Shown: positions 1-12,990 of the stretch, piece after piece
Layout of the letters: every line of letters starts with the position of its first letter
Position numbering within the stretch: the stretch's first letter is position 1
From: Eledone cirrhosa
Lineage: Eukaryota
Assembly: GCA_964016885.1 (NCBI GenBank)
Contig: OZ024742.1
Coordinates: forward strand, 197,346,001 to 197,410,000
Length of the DNA: 64,000 nt
Direction of reading: 5' to 3'
Position numbers and translations under genes: made by a program
Notes under the pieces: model-generated
Told to the model about the DNA's origin: nothing
Databases searched by the model: none
Seen by the model: only the letters and a program-made list of their open reading frames with translations

Positions 1-2316
1 TGTATGTTGACGTGTGTATAAGAGAGGGTGTGTGTTGACGTGTATATAAGAGAGAGTGTATATTGACGTGTATATAAGAGAGAGTGTATGTTGACGTGTA
101 TATAAGAGAGGGTGTGTGTTGACGTGTATATAAGAGAGAGTGTATATTGACGTGTATATAAGAGAGAGTGTATATTGACGTGTATATAAGAGAGAGTGTA
201 TGTTGACGTGTATATAAGAGAGAGTGTATATTGACGTGTATATAAGAGAGAGTGTATGTTGACGTGTATATAAGAGAGAGTGTATATTGACGTGTATATA
301 AGAGAGAGTGTATATTGACGTGTATATAAGAGAGAGTGTATGTTGACGTGTATATAAGAGAGAGTGTATGTTGACGTGTATATAAGAGAGGGTGTGTGTT
401 GACGTGTATATAAGAGAGAGTGTATGTTGACGTGTATATAAAGAGAGAGTGTATGTTGACGTGTATATAAGAGAGAGTGTATGTTGACGGGTATATAAGA
501 GAGGGTGTGTGTTGGCGTGTATATAAGAGAGGGTGTGTGTTGACGTGTATATAAGAGAGAGTGTATATTGACGTGTATATAAGAGAGAGTGTATGTTGAC
601 GTGTATATAAGAGAGGGTGTGTGTTGACGTGTATATAAGAGAGAGTGTATATTGACGTGTATATAAGAGAGAGTGTATATTGACGTGTATATAAGAGAGA
701 GTGTATGTTGACGTGTATATAAGAGAGAGTGTATATTGACGTGTATATAAAGAGATAGTGTATGTTGACGTGTATATAAGAGAGGGTGTGTGTTGACGTG
801 TATATAAGAGAGAGTGTATATTGACGTGTATATAAGAGAGGGTGTGTGTTGACGTGTATATAAGAGAGGGTGTGTGTTGACGTGTATATAAGAGAGAGTG
901 TATATTGACGTGTATATAAGAGAGGGTGTATGTTGACGTGTATATAAGAGAGAGTGTATATTGACGTGTATATAAGAGAGAGTGTATGTTGACGTGTATA
1001 TAAGAGAGAGTGTATGTTGACGTGTATATAAGAGAGGGTGTGTGTTGACGTGTATATAAAGAGAGAGTGTATGTTGACGTGTATATAAGAGAGAGTGTAT
1101 ATTGACGTGTATATAAGAGAGAGTGTATGTTGACGTGTATATAAAGAGAGGGTGTGTGTTGACGTGTATATAAGAGAGAGTGTATGTTGACGTGTATATA
1201 AGAGAGAGTGTATGTTGACGTGTATATAAGAGAGAGTGTATGTTGACGTGTATATAAGAGAGAGTGTATGTTGACGTGTATATAAGAGAGAGTGTATATT
1301 GACGTGTATATAAGAGAGGGTGTGTGTTGACGGGTATATAAGAGAGAGTGTATGTTGACGTGTATATAAGAGAGTGTATGTTGACGTGTATATAAGAGAG
1401 AGTGTATATTGACGTGTATATAAGAGAGAGTGTATGTTGACGTGTATATAAGAGAGGGTGTATGTTGACGTGTATATAAGAGAGGGTGTGTGTTGACGTG
1501 TATATAAGAGAGAGTGTATGTTGACGTGTATATAAGAGAGAGTGTATATTGACGTGTATATAAGAGAGAGTGTATATTGACGGGTATATAAGAGAGGGTG
1601 TGTGTTGGCGTGTATATAAGAGAGTGTATGTTGACGTGTATATAAGAGAGAGTGTATATTGACGTGTATATAAGAGAGAGTGTATGTTGACGTGTATATA
1701 AGAGAGGGTGTATGTTGACGTGTATATAAGAGAGGATGTGTGTTGACGTGTATATAAGAGAGAGTGTATGTTGACGTGTATATAAGAGAGGGTGTGTGTT
1801 GACGTGTATATAAGAGAGGGTGTGTGTTGACGGGTATATAAGAGAGAGTGTATGTTGACGTGTATATAAGAGAGTGTATGTTGACGTGTATATAAGAGAG
1901 AGTGTATATTGACGTGTATATAAGAGAGAGTGTATGTTGACGTGTATATAAGAGAGGGTGTATGTTGACGTGTATATAAGAGAGGGTGTGTGTTGACGTG
2001 TATATAAGAGAGAGTGTATGTTGACGTGTATATAAGAGAGAGTGTATATTGACGTGTATATAAGAGAGAGTGTATGTTGACGTGTATATAAAGAGAGAGT
2101 GTATGTTGACGTGTATATAAGAGAGGGTGTGTGTTGACGGGTATATAAGAGAGAGTGTATGTTGACGTGTATATAAGAGAGTGTATGTTGACGTGTATAT
2201 AAGAGAGAGTGTATATTGACGGGTATATAAGAGAGAGTGTATGTTGACGGGTATATAAGAGAGAGTGTATGTTGACGGGTATATAAGAGAGAGTGTATGT
2301 TGACGGGTATATAAGA
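1..2316. repeat. 28-bp tandem satellite, variant A (TGTATGTTGACGTGTATATAAGAGAGAG), about 82 units, runs off the window start
   Basis: 28-bp periodicity is directly visible, with minor variants. Confidence 0.97.
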
Positions 2317-2321
2317 GTATG

Positions 2322-2615
2322 TCTAAAGTCTAAAGTCTAAAGTCTGTCTCAAGCCAGAAGGGTCATTTGACCTGTACTTATCCCGGTTTCATGGCGTGAA
2401 GCGACTAAGAGTACAAGACTCCTTCCAGGAAAGGACGCCAGTCCATCGCAAGGTTAACCCCCCAGCTATTGCTGGTACACATTTTCAGCTGAGTATACTG
2501 GAGCAATGTGAAATAAAGTGTTTCCCTCAAGAACACAACACGCAAGCCAGGAATCGAACCCACGACATTATGATCGTACGTCCAACAACCTTACCACTAG
2601 GCCATGTGTCTCCAC
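2322..2615 (-). mobile_element. tRNA-derived SINE (CORE-like middle, short tandem 3' tail)
   Basis: Minus strand has A box TGGCCTAGTGG, B box GGTTCGATTCC, a CORE-like TGTTGTGTTCTTGAGGGAAACACTT segment and an (AGACTTT)n tail. Flanking ATATAAGAGT(A/G)TGT looks like a target-site duplication. Confidence 0.85.
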
Positions 2616-2616
2616 A

Positions 2617-3545
2617 TATAAGAGTGTGTATTGATGTGTATATAAGGGAGAAAGTGTGTTGACGTGTATATAAGGGAGAAAGTGTGTTGACATGTATATA
2701 AGGGAGAAAGTGTGTTGACATGTATATAAGGGAGAAAGTGTGTTGACATGTATATAAAGGAGAAAGTGTGTTTGTCATGTATATAAGGGAGAGAGTGTGT
2801 TGACATGTATATAAGGGAGAAAGTGTGTTGACATGTATATAAGGGAGAAAGTGTGTTGACATGTATATAAAGGAGAAAGTGTGTTGACATGTATATAAGG
2901 GAGAAAGTGTGTTGACATGTATATAAGGGAGAAAGTGTGTTGACATGTATATAAGGGAGAAAGTGTGTTGGCATGTATTTAAGGGAGAAAGTGTGTTTGT
3001 CATGTATATAAGGGAGAGAGTGTGTTGACATGTATATATAAGGGAGAAAGTGTGTTGACGTGTATATATAAGGGAGAAAGTGTGTTGACGTGTATATAAG
3101 GGAGAAAGTGTGTTGACATGTATTTAAGGGAGAAAGTGTGTTGGTATGTATTTAAGGGAGAAAGTGTGTTTGTCATGTATATAAGGGAGAGAGTGTGTTG
3201 ACATGTATATATAAGGGAGAAAGTGTGTTGACGTGTATATATAAGGGAGAAAGTGTGTTGACGTGTATATAAGGGAGAAAGTGTGTTGACATGTATTTAA
3301 GGGAGAAAGTGTGTTTGTCATGTATATAAGGGAGAGAGTGTGTTGACATGTATATAAGGGAGAAAGTGTGTTGACATGTATATAAGGGAGAGAGTGTGTT
3401 GACATGTATGTAAGGGAGAAAGTGTGTTGACATGTATATAAGGGAGAGAGTGTGTTGACGTGTATATAAGGGAGAAAATGTGTTGACATGTATTTAAGGG
3501 AGAAAGTGTGTTGACATGTATATAAGGGAGAAAGTGTATTGACGT
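2617..3545. repeat. 28-bp tandem satellite, variant B (TGTGTTGACATGTATATAAGGGAGAAAG), decaying into GT/GA-rich sequence
   Basis: 28-bp periodicity; clearly related to variant A. Confidence 0.95.
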
Positions 3546-3829
3546 GTATGTGTGTGTATAGAATGGAGAGTGTGTTGACGTTGTGCGTATGTGTTTATAT
3601 ATATATATATGTGTGTGTAGAAAGGAAAGAGAGTGAGGGAGTGAGCGTGTTTTGACGTCTGTGTGTATAAGAGAGAGTATGTGTGTTGACATGTATGTAT
3701 GTGTATAGAAAGGAGAGTGTGTCTGTATGTGTTTGTATGTGTGTGTATAGAAAGGGGAGAGTACCGTGAACATTAGAGAAGAGAATTTGGGGATATACGA
3801 GATAGAGAAAGGAGAAGACGTGAGGGATT

Positions 3830-3885
<56 letters not shown>

Positions 3886-5176
3886 ATAACATCACTATTT
3901 TAGGATTGACATACTGTAGAGAATGACGGAAATGTGTCTGTCTACATGTGTGCGTGTCTGTATACGTGTGTATACGTGTGTATAGGTGTGTCTGTATACG
4001 TGTGTATATGTAGACATGTACGTTCTTCTTGTGTGTGTGCAGAACTGTACGTTCCTGTGTGTGTGTGTGTAGACCTATACGTACCTCTATGTGTGTCTCT
4101 GCTTGTAGACCTGTACGTTCCTCCTCTGTGTCTGTATGTGAGTGTGTATGTGATGGTGGTGGTGCTGTTGGTGGTGCTGTTGGTGGTGGTGTTTGTGGTG
4201 TTTGTGATATGGTAAGGATGGGAAGGCAAACACTGCAGTTTCTGTTATTGAACTGAAATTTATATTTTTTGAAATCGCCAATTATTTAACGCCTGCGCTT
4301 TAGTGCTATTAACTGTTAAACTGTTAAATCTATTAAACTGAACCTTTTACGTAGAATTCAGTTTCCAGTTAGATTAGTTTATTCAATGAAATTAATAAAG
4401 CACATCATGGAACACACACACACGCAGATACATAGACGCACATACACACACACATTCAGAAACGCACAATCAAAAATATATCATAAATGTATAAATAGGC
4501 ATATATAAATACACACACATATACTCACACATGAACACACATATTCATACACGCACAAACACATATACATACCTAATAGGATCTGGATTCAGTTACCACG
4601 ACCAGTATTTAGTTGTGGGCAGTTATATGTTAAATTCTCTAGGGCTAGGAAATTAATTGATGTTTTTATTAGGGTAGAAAATATTAATATTCAAGGGAAA
4701 GAAAGAGGGAAAACTATCACTAAAGCCATTGTATATAAATAGTTATTAAATTAATGGTATAAATTATGATAATGATAATTTATTGTTTAATGATTAAAAT
4801 GATACAATGGGGAAATAACTATACTGACATAATAATGATTGTAATATTATCGAATATTACATGTGGAAGCGAAATAAGTTACAGTGTTTGCTGCCCTATT
4901 GGACGCCCCTTCGTATAAGACGCCTCTTGGTTTTACAAGACATTTTGAAAAAAAGAATTTTAGTACATTTTTTAATAAATGTATCAAAAATTATTTCATC
5001 GCTTTTTCAGAATCTCTTATATAAGTTCGACATCATTTTGCTTATATAAATTGTATTGTATTACTGCATTAGTAATACTAATAGTAATACAAACTAAATA
5101 TTTTACCATGATTGTCTTCACCCTCTGTTTGGTCTTCCATCAGTGATACGGGCGTATTGGACGCAGGGAAGATGTT

Positions 5177-5217
<41 letters not shown>

Positions 5218-5378
5218 ATAATAATAATAAATGTGAGATTAAATCCAAAGAGGGCTCGATAAGGTTGCAACGTTTTTCGAAATATTTACTTCTGCGTTCA
5301 CAGATTGATTTTTTTTAGTTTCAGAAGATCCCGTTAAGGGTGAAAGCAGCGATTCTTTGCTTAAACTTTAATCTGTTA

Positions 5379-5427
<49 letters not shown>

Positions 5428-5753
5428 CAAAGAGGGTGTGGTAAGATACCAGGTGGACCATAACGCACCAAAGTACACAATACTTAGGGTAGTAGAGTGG
5501 GTAATAGGAAAAGAGTCAGGACCCCAACAGCTGAGCTCCGGCCGTTTCAACATCTAGATCCTAACTCGGATGCATGGATGAAGGGGTAGATAGATAGATA
5601 TAGATATATTTTGCGTTAATAAAATTTGGCTCACATGGCTTTGGTTGAAGCAAGCTTAAGTTAGGGACCAGTTGCCCAAGTGGAGTCGAACGCTTAACTC
5701 TGCTTGTGAAGCGTACATCGTACTACACTGAAATACAGACATATATTAATGTC

Positions 5754-6140
5754 TACTCTCGGGTCTCAAATAATAGGAGGATGCAATAAGCGGATGGGGT
5801 TGGAAAATCGGTAATTTTTCGAGGTTGTCCCCCTTGATTTTTAGAAACCAGAATTAGTCGGTTAGTTTACATACTGAGACCTCAACCCATCCCATTTATT
5901 TTATAATGTATGGGACTTCTTGCAATGTTCTTTTTTGATCATATATAATGTTGTTTTTTTTATTGTATAAAGAAAAATAATTATCACAGGAATGCCAGCA
6001 CTTAGAATAAAATTTCGCCGGAGATACGTTAGCAACGTTTTATAAGCGGGGGTGGAATAAGACCGGGGGGGGGGGGGTGAAAAAAGTCTAAAAGATTACT
6101 AAGCGGGGGTGGGAGGAAGATTATTCAAGACCCGTGTGTA
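5754..6140. mobile_element. MITE-like non-autonomous DNA transposon (Tc1/mariner-pogo type)
   Basis: Imperfect terminal inverted repeats TACTCTCGGGTCTCAAATAAT / ATTATTCAAGACCCGTGTGTA, TA at both ends, no ORF. Confidence 0.55.
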
Positions 6141-6380
6141 TACTGAAATATAGGTTTAAACATTTTTCCCGGGAGAAACAGCTTGCAAAACTGCATAAAA
6201 GAACTTTATCTGAATAGATATGTTTGGGAACATATCCAGCCGGTAACAATTTTATCCTTAAGTCAACATACTGCATTGCATCATAAGCACACACATACAC
6301 ATGCACACATACACACACAAACACATTGCACACATACACACACATACACATGCACACCATACAAATAACATCATAGCAAA

Positions 6381-6427
<47 letters not shown>

Positions 6428-6638
6428 GTGTGTGCGTGCGTGTGCGTGTATATGTTATGTGTATATGTTATGTGTATATATATGTATACTTATATATATA
6501 TACTTATATATATATATATATATATATATATTTACACATATATATATGTGTGTGTGAGTGTGTCTGTGTATACACACATATATATATATATATTTTATAT
6601 ACATGTAATATACATATATATATATGTGTGCGCGCGTG

Positions 6639-6696
<58 letters not shown>

Positions 6697-6737
6697 CGAA
6701 ACATAAGTCAATTGCATGAACTCATAATCCTTTATTT

Positions 6738-6793
6738 ACTGCTATATATATTTCGAAGATAGTCATTGAATGGCGATGACCTCATCAGGCAGT
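6738..6793 (-). ncRNA. Type I hammerhead ribozyme motif in a short (TA)n-flanked insert
   Basis: Minus strand reads ACTGC-CTGATGA-G GTCAT..ATGAC..C-GAAA-TATATA-TA-GCAGT: 5-bp stem I, bulged stem II, AUA cleavage triplet. Confidence 0.6.
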
Positions 6794-6837
6794 TAGTCAG
6801 TTCTTAGATATGCCAGCTCTGTGTTTATAGTGTTGAT

Positions 6838-7209
<372 letters not shown>

Positions 7210-7236
7210 GTATGTATATATATATATATGTATATA

Positions 7237-7435
<199 letters not shown>

Positions 7436-7447
7436 ATATATATATAT

Positions 7448-7574
<127 letters not shown>

Positions 7575-8004
7575 CATATATATATAATTTATATATGTTT
7601 ATATTTATACAGATATCTAATCACAACACAATATATGTGCTGTATATACCCACACATGTGGTAGGCTGCCTTACTGAAAGCGCCTCATATGTCGCTGTTC
7701 AGTTTACCTGTCTTCTGTCATTATGATAAAACCACATGTAGGAGAAATATCTTATATAAACACTGTTTCACTAATTCAGCAGATGTTTCATCTTTTGATC
7801 TTATCCGAACTTTTGCTGACATCCTCTGCTGTTTTTCATTAATTTTTCTACCATTATTAACATAGGGTTTCAATCTTAATTCATTATTCATAATAAAATT
7901 CGTAATATTTATCAAGAAATGTTAATGTATTATTGAAATAAAATTTTAGGAAATTCAAACTGCAACCTAGGAAGTGGTGTAGGCGTAAAAGCCAAACTCG
8001 CTCA

Positions 8005-8545
8005 ACCATTACATATGGACACGAATCTTGGGTAAAGACCGAAAGAATACGATCGCGATTATAAGCGGCCGAAATGGGATTCCTCTGAAGGGTCTTTAGA
8101 GTAACGTTACTCGATAAAGTGCGTAGCTCGGAGATCAGAGAATGACTCCAGGTTGAGCCGCTACTTCTACGAATTGAGAGGTCACAGCTCCGATATTAGG
8201 GGCACGAGGTTAGAATGGCTCAGGAAAGAATCGCCGAACAGATTTTAAGGGCAAAACCAACTGGTAGGAGACCCAGGGGTAGAGCCCGAGCAATATGGTT
8301 GGATAACATAAATGAAGTTGACTGGTCACGCTTGGGGATCCAGACGAATCAGTGGGAGATGGTTGCTTCTGACAGGACCCACTGGAGGGAGTGTTTGAAG
8401 ACTCTGTCTCACGACCCTCCCAGAAATAAGTGGACGAAGAAGAAGAAGAAGAAGAAGAAGAAGAAGAAGAAGAAGAAGAAGAAGAAGAAGAAGAAGAAGA
8501 AGAAGAAGAAGAAGAAGAAGAAGAAGAAGAAGAAGAAGAAGAAGA
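8005..8545 (+). mobile_element. RTE-clade LINE 3' fragment with (GAA)n tail
   Basis: Translates to YGHESWVKTERIRSRL.AAEMGFL.R...ERSQLRY.GH..RM...GRRPRGRAR..W with stops; (GAA)n at 8437-8545. Confidence 0.85.
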
Positions 8546-9164
8546 ACCTAGTTGAGGTTACTCATTACCCTTAACGTATTTGTACTTGTGGCAACGTTCA
8601 CCCGGGGTGGGTTAAGTCTGCTCCATCGAAGGAATTCACGGTGTAAATTCATTTCAATGGAGTTTCTTTGGGTGATTGGTTTTACAAGCGGTCCCCAGCC
8701 ACACGTATATGCACTTTAGGATAATGCAACCCAAGTATTGCATCGGTTATAGCGCCGAGCTCTCACTTTCACATCCAACACAATTTGGTGAAGCCTACCG
8801 CGACGGGAACGCATGGGAGACAGTTTGGCCGACATAGGTGATAAACAACATATTTGACCAATTTTATAGGCCAGCAGAAGGCATACCGACCCTCGGCACT
8901 GTTCACGAAACAGTGAGGAAGCGTGTATATCGTCACTTTAACTGCTAGAAACAGTAGCCAAAGTTCCCTCTCAGAAAATGAAGGGCATGTTGAGTATATA
9001 GTTCATGATGCCTGCAAGAAGTATGTGTTGATGATTGGAATACCATTGTTCAATATAGGACTGCTTGATCAAAGGTGACCTAGAGCAAACCAATAACACC
9101 AGCAACATATGGAAAGAAATAGAATCTTCTCTCGACTAATATATAGTCTGCAATATGATAACAG

Positions 9165-9435
9165 TTGTGTTACTCTGCGACTAACCCCGGTTCTGCTGCA
9201 CTTCGGTCTGAGGAGGGCAAACTCTCCAAGTACGGGTCGCTCTCCGACAAGTTTGCGGTCATGCCCTTAGCAGTGGAGACTTCTGATGTCCTTGGTCCTA
9301 AGGCTACCTCCGTACTCAGAACCAGAGGCGCTGAGCTGGCTAGCCGCAGGTGTGATCCTCGCGAGATGGAATGGCTCTTCCAGCGCATCTTCCTTACCAT
9401 CCTCCGGGGAAATTCCTTTGCCATCATGTCCGCTG
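9165..9435 (+). pseudogene. CRE-like (restriction-like endonuclease) LINE C-terminal relic
   Basis: AA..EEGKLSKY...PLAVETSDVLG...DPRE..WLFQRI.LTILRGN resembles the CRE-type REL C-terminus; second copy at 61625-61885. Confidence 0.7.
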
Positions 9436-9857
9436 TGGGGAAGCCAGCACATGGGGCCCCATTTTCTCACCATACAGAAAGATGGGGAGGGCGAGAGAGA
9501 TGGAGAGGATTACAGTGGGAATTCGACTCTTCCGTGTTCGGACACATTGCACCTGTCATGTGGATCATTTGATAATTTCATTTTACTTGTCACATTATAA
9601 AATTATTCATTCCGTTGTGTTACTTGACTTGCAATTTAAAGGAATCAGTAATCATTTTATAGTTACAGAATGGGAAACGTTATAATGCTGATCATAGCAG
9701 AGATTGTAATGTAGGACACTTTCCTGGATATGTGAAGTGATTTTATCTTAATGATGTAGAAAGAGGTTAGTTATGATTCCACTGAAGAGTGTTTTCTAGG
9801 TTTCTATAAACGGAGACAGAAAAGGCCCTTTACTCAGTCTGCTCTGTCTCATCCCCA

Positions 9858-10195
9858 ACTATATCACATTTTATAACACTATCACTTCTACCACACTATC
9901 ACCTCCACAACACTATCACCTCTACAACATTGTCACATCTGCAATACTATCACTTCTACCACACTATCACCTCCACAACACTATCACCTCTACAACATTG
10001 TCACATCTGCAATACTATCACTTCTACTACAATATCACCTCCACAACACTATCACCTCTACAACATTAGCACATCTGCAATACTATAACTTCTACTACAA
10101 TATCACCTCCACAACACTATCACCTCTACAACATTATCACCTCTACAATACTATCACCCCTACCATACTGTCATATCCACAAAACTATCACCGCT
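9858..10195. repeat. 17-bp minisatellite (CACTATCACCTCTACAA) with a 68-bp (4-mer) higher-order repeat
   Basis: Direct periodicity; the CATTGTCACATCTGCAA variant recurs every fourth unit. Confidence 0.85.
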
Positions 10196-10225
10196 ATAGT
10201 GGCCGTGTGTCTCAATCAGAAATCA

Positions 10226-10410
10226 TTGCAGTATCGGTAGAGGGTCGGACGCCATGCTTTGCAGCATAGAGTTACGGCCCTTTACTGTCTAAGTTAAAAT
10301 CCCGCCGAGGTTAACTTTGCCTTTTATCCTTAAGGGGTCGATAAAAATAAAAGTACCAATAATGCACTGGGATAATTGCTGGCCTTGTGCCAAAAGTAGA
10401 AACAATTATT
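10226..10410 (+). mobile_element. tRNA-derived SINE family (Meta/MESC-like domain). Other copies at about 15270-15410(+), 15676-15852(-), 15945-16137(+), 16897-17085(-), 23405-23590(+), 35836-35929(-), 38730-38885(-), 39060-39275(+), 62480-62573(-), 62612-62793(+), 63940-64000(-)
   Basis: Repeated GGCAGTATCGGTAGAG (A box), GAGTTCAAATCCC (B box), GAGGTTAACTTTGCCTTTCATCCTTACGGGGTCGATAAAATAAAGTACCAG and AGTAGAAACAATTAT tail. The 23405 copy has TSD TTACTTCTGCCGTG. Domain name is from recall. Confidence 0.85.
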
Positions 10411-10833
10411 ATGGTCATTTGCGTTTAGACACATACATACTAAAAAGACGGGGCTGATCTGATGGCTAGTGGCTTTTTAGCCCGGCATCCGACAGATGGG
10501 GCGCTCGATTCGGAGGGGCTTATGTCTGTTTTCTTTCTGTTTCAAGAAGTACTTTGACCGACTTTCTCAACTATTATTTTGTAGCAACAATTATTTTAGT
10601 CATTTCCGATGGAAGACACACATTTCAAATTCTAACTATGACTAAGATTGATCTGTTTCTATGGCATCCAATATTTCTGCCCCAAATTTAACCCAAGAAA
10701 AAAACACACCAGAAACTATAAAAGCATCCATCAGAGATAAGACCGGATTTAGAATTGTAATAAACATTGAGGAAATATATTTACGTGAAATAGCAAACGA
10801 ATAGAGAAAAAAACAAACAAACAGAACAGCTGC

Positions 10834-10903
<70 letters not shown>

Positions 10904-10911
10904 CACACATG

Positions 10912-10974
<63 letters not shown>

Positions 10975-10975
<1 letters not shown>

Positions 10976-11158
10976 AACGAGTAGGACCCCCACGGCTGAG
11001 CTCAAGCCGTTTCGACGGCTAATTCTGGGATTAGCCGTCGAAACGGCTTGAGCTCAGCCGTCGTGGCCCTACTCTTTCCTATTACCCACTCTACTACCCT
11101 AAGTATTGAGTACTTTGGTGCGTTATGGTCCATCTGGTTCCTTACCACATTTCCTTCG

Positions 11159-11160
<2 letters not shown>
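10975..11160 (+). mobile_element. Short (TA)n-embedded element with a terminal hairpin; relatives at 5426-5560(-), 41124-41230 and 45143-45240
   Basis: Arms ACGGCTGAGCTCAAGCCGTTTCGACGGCTAAT / ATTAGCCGTCGAAACGGCTTGAGCTCAGCCGT; body shared with 5426-5560. Confidence 0.6.
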
Positions 11161-11228
<68 letters not shown>

Positions 11229-11231
11229 TTA

Positions 11232-11586
11232 TTGTGGCTGCCAACTCGTTTTCGAGTACGGCCACTACTTTATATCTATGTAGGAGAACCCCTACCGATG
11301 CGCTGAACGAGTGTGACTTTTTAGTCCAGCCAGCGACTTGAAAACTCTGGTACAAACACTACACTTGTGACAATTATTGACACATAGTGCTGGGCCCATG
11401 CTACCATGTGATGACAAGTGCAGAGAGATCTCCAGATATAAAGCAATGCTTGTGCCGTGAAGCTTTTATAGTGAGCAAAGGCACTGCACAAAGCCAGTCC
11501 CACTCTCTTAACCAAGATGATATTTACCAAAAAGAAGAACAAGTCAACATCATTGGATACCATCAGGGTTGCAGGTGTTATATCAG
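11232..11586 (-). mobile_element. Non-autonomous RTE-derived element, 5'-truncated copy
   Basis: Same family as 43301-43910, with the shared 3' end GCAGCCAC(C/A)AT next to a microsatellite. Confidence 0.8.
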
Positions 11587-11743
11587 TGTATGTATATATA
11601 TATATACATACATATATATGTATATATATATATATATGTATACATATATATATTTATATATGTATATATGTATATATGTATGTATATATATATATTAAGA
11701 GAGTAAAACAAAGAATCCTTTAATACATCTAAAGTTTTTATTA

Positions 11744-11781
11744 GCCGACAATGTTTCGTCCTATTAAGGACTCATCAGGGC
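11744..11781 (-). ncRNA. Minimal type I hammerhead ribozyme (inverted copy of 12487-12524)
   Basis: Reverse complement of GCC-CTGATGA-GTCCT TAAT AGGAC-GAAAC ATT GTC-GGC. Confidence 0.85.
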
Positions 11782-12106
11782 AATCAAAACAACAAGAGGT
11801 AATATCGGCAGATACAAGCCAGAAACTCTGAAGAATATGGAGTGTACATACACTAATGTCTTACAAAGATATATGATAATAAAAATGAAAATAAAGATAA
11901 AAATAATAAAAATATATAATAAGAATAACTAAGGATGTAGATAACATTAAGAACCATATTACAAATATAGTCCAAAGCAACCAACCTAAATCTAAACAAA
12001 TTTGGTTATATAGAGCAGGAATTATATATAACACAATATAATACATTATAATAATAATAATATACTTTAAAATTCCAAATTAAAAATCAATATATATGTG
12101 TGTTGT

Positions 12107-12137
<31 letters not shown>

Positions 12138-12486
12138 GCACATATATTCATGTATACATTGTACCTTTTGATTTTTAATTTGGAATTTTAATGTTGGTAA
12201 AAGTATATTATTATTATTATAATGTATTATATTGTGTTATATATAATTCCTGCTCTATATAACCAAATTTGTTTAGATTTAGGTTGGTTGCTTTGGACTA
12301 TATTTGTAATATGGTTCTTAATGTTATCTACATCCTTAGTTATTCTTATTATATATTTTTATTATTTTTATCTTTATTTTCATTTTTATTATCATATATC
12401 TTTGTAAGACATTAGTGTATGTACACTCCATATTCTTCAGAGTTTCTGGCTTGTATCTGCCGATATTACCTCTTGTTGTTTTGATT

Positions 12487-12524
12487 GCCCTGATGAGTCC
12501 TTAATAGGACGAAACATTGTCGGC
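12487..12524 (+). ncRNA. Minimal type I hammerhead ribozyme
   Basis: GCC-CTGATGA-GTCCT TAAT AGGAC-GAAAC ATT GTC-GGC: canonical core, 5-bp stem II, GUC triplet, stem I GCC/GGC extendable by ATT/AAT. Confidence 0.88.
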
Positions 12525-12673
12525 TAATAAAAACTTTTGATGTATTAAAGGATTCTTTGTTTTACTCTCTTAATTTTTTGGCTCTGTTTAACTGCATTGA
12601 GCTATACCTTTTACTGTTATTTCTATAATACGAAGAGGGTTTTTGACTCAAACACGCTCCAGTATTCTAATCC

Positions 12674-12774
<101 letters not shown>

Positions 12775-12815
12775 TGTATATATATATATATATATATGCG
12801 GGGAGTGTATGTATG

Positions 12816-12875
<60 letters not shown>

Positions 12876-12990
12876 GTATATATATATATATATCGAGAGA
12901 GAGAGAGAGAGAGAGAGAAAGAAAGAAATACAGTAAGGAGAGATAAAAGAAAGAAGAATTGATAGATAGATAGATAGATAGATAGATATA

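Noticed and set aside
2540-2612. tRNA gene
   Set aside because: A and B boxes are present but continue into a SINE body and tail; the same applies to 61220-61290.
1-3545. 28-bp repeats as a CRISPR array
   Set aside because: Head-to-tail units with no unique spacers, no cas genes, and a eukaryotic context.
11861-12407. Two identical 61-aa hydrophobic ORFs on opposite strands
   Set aside because: A consequence of the inverted repeat in AT-rich non-coding DNA.
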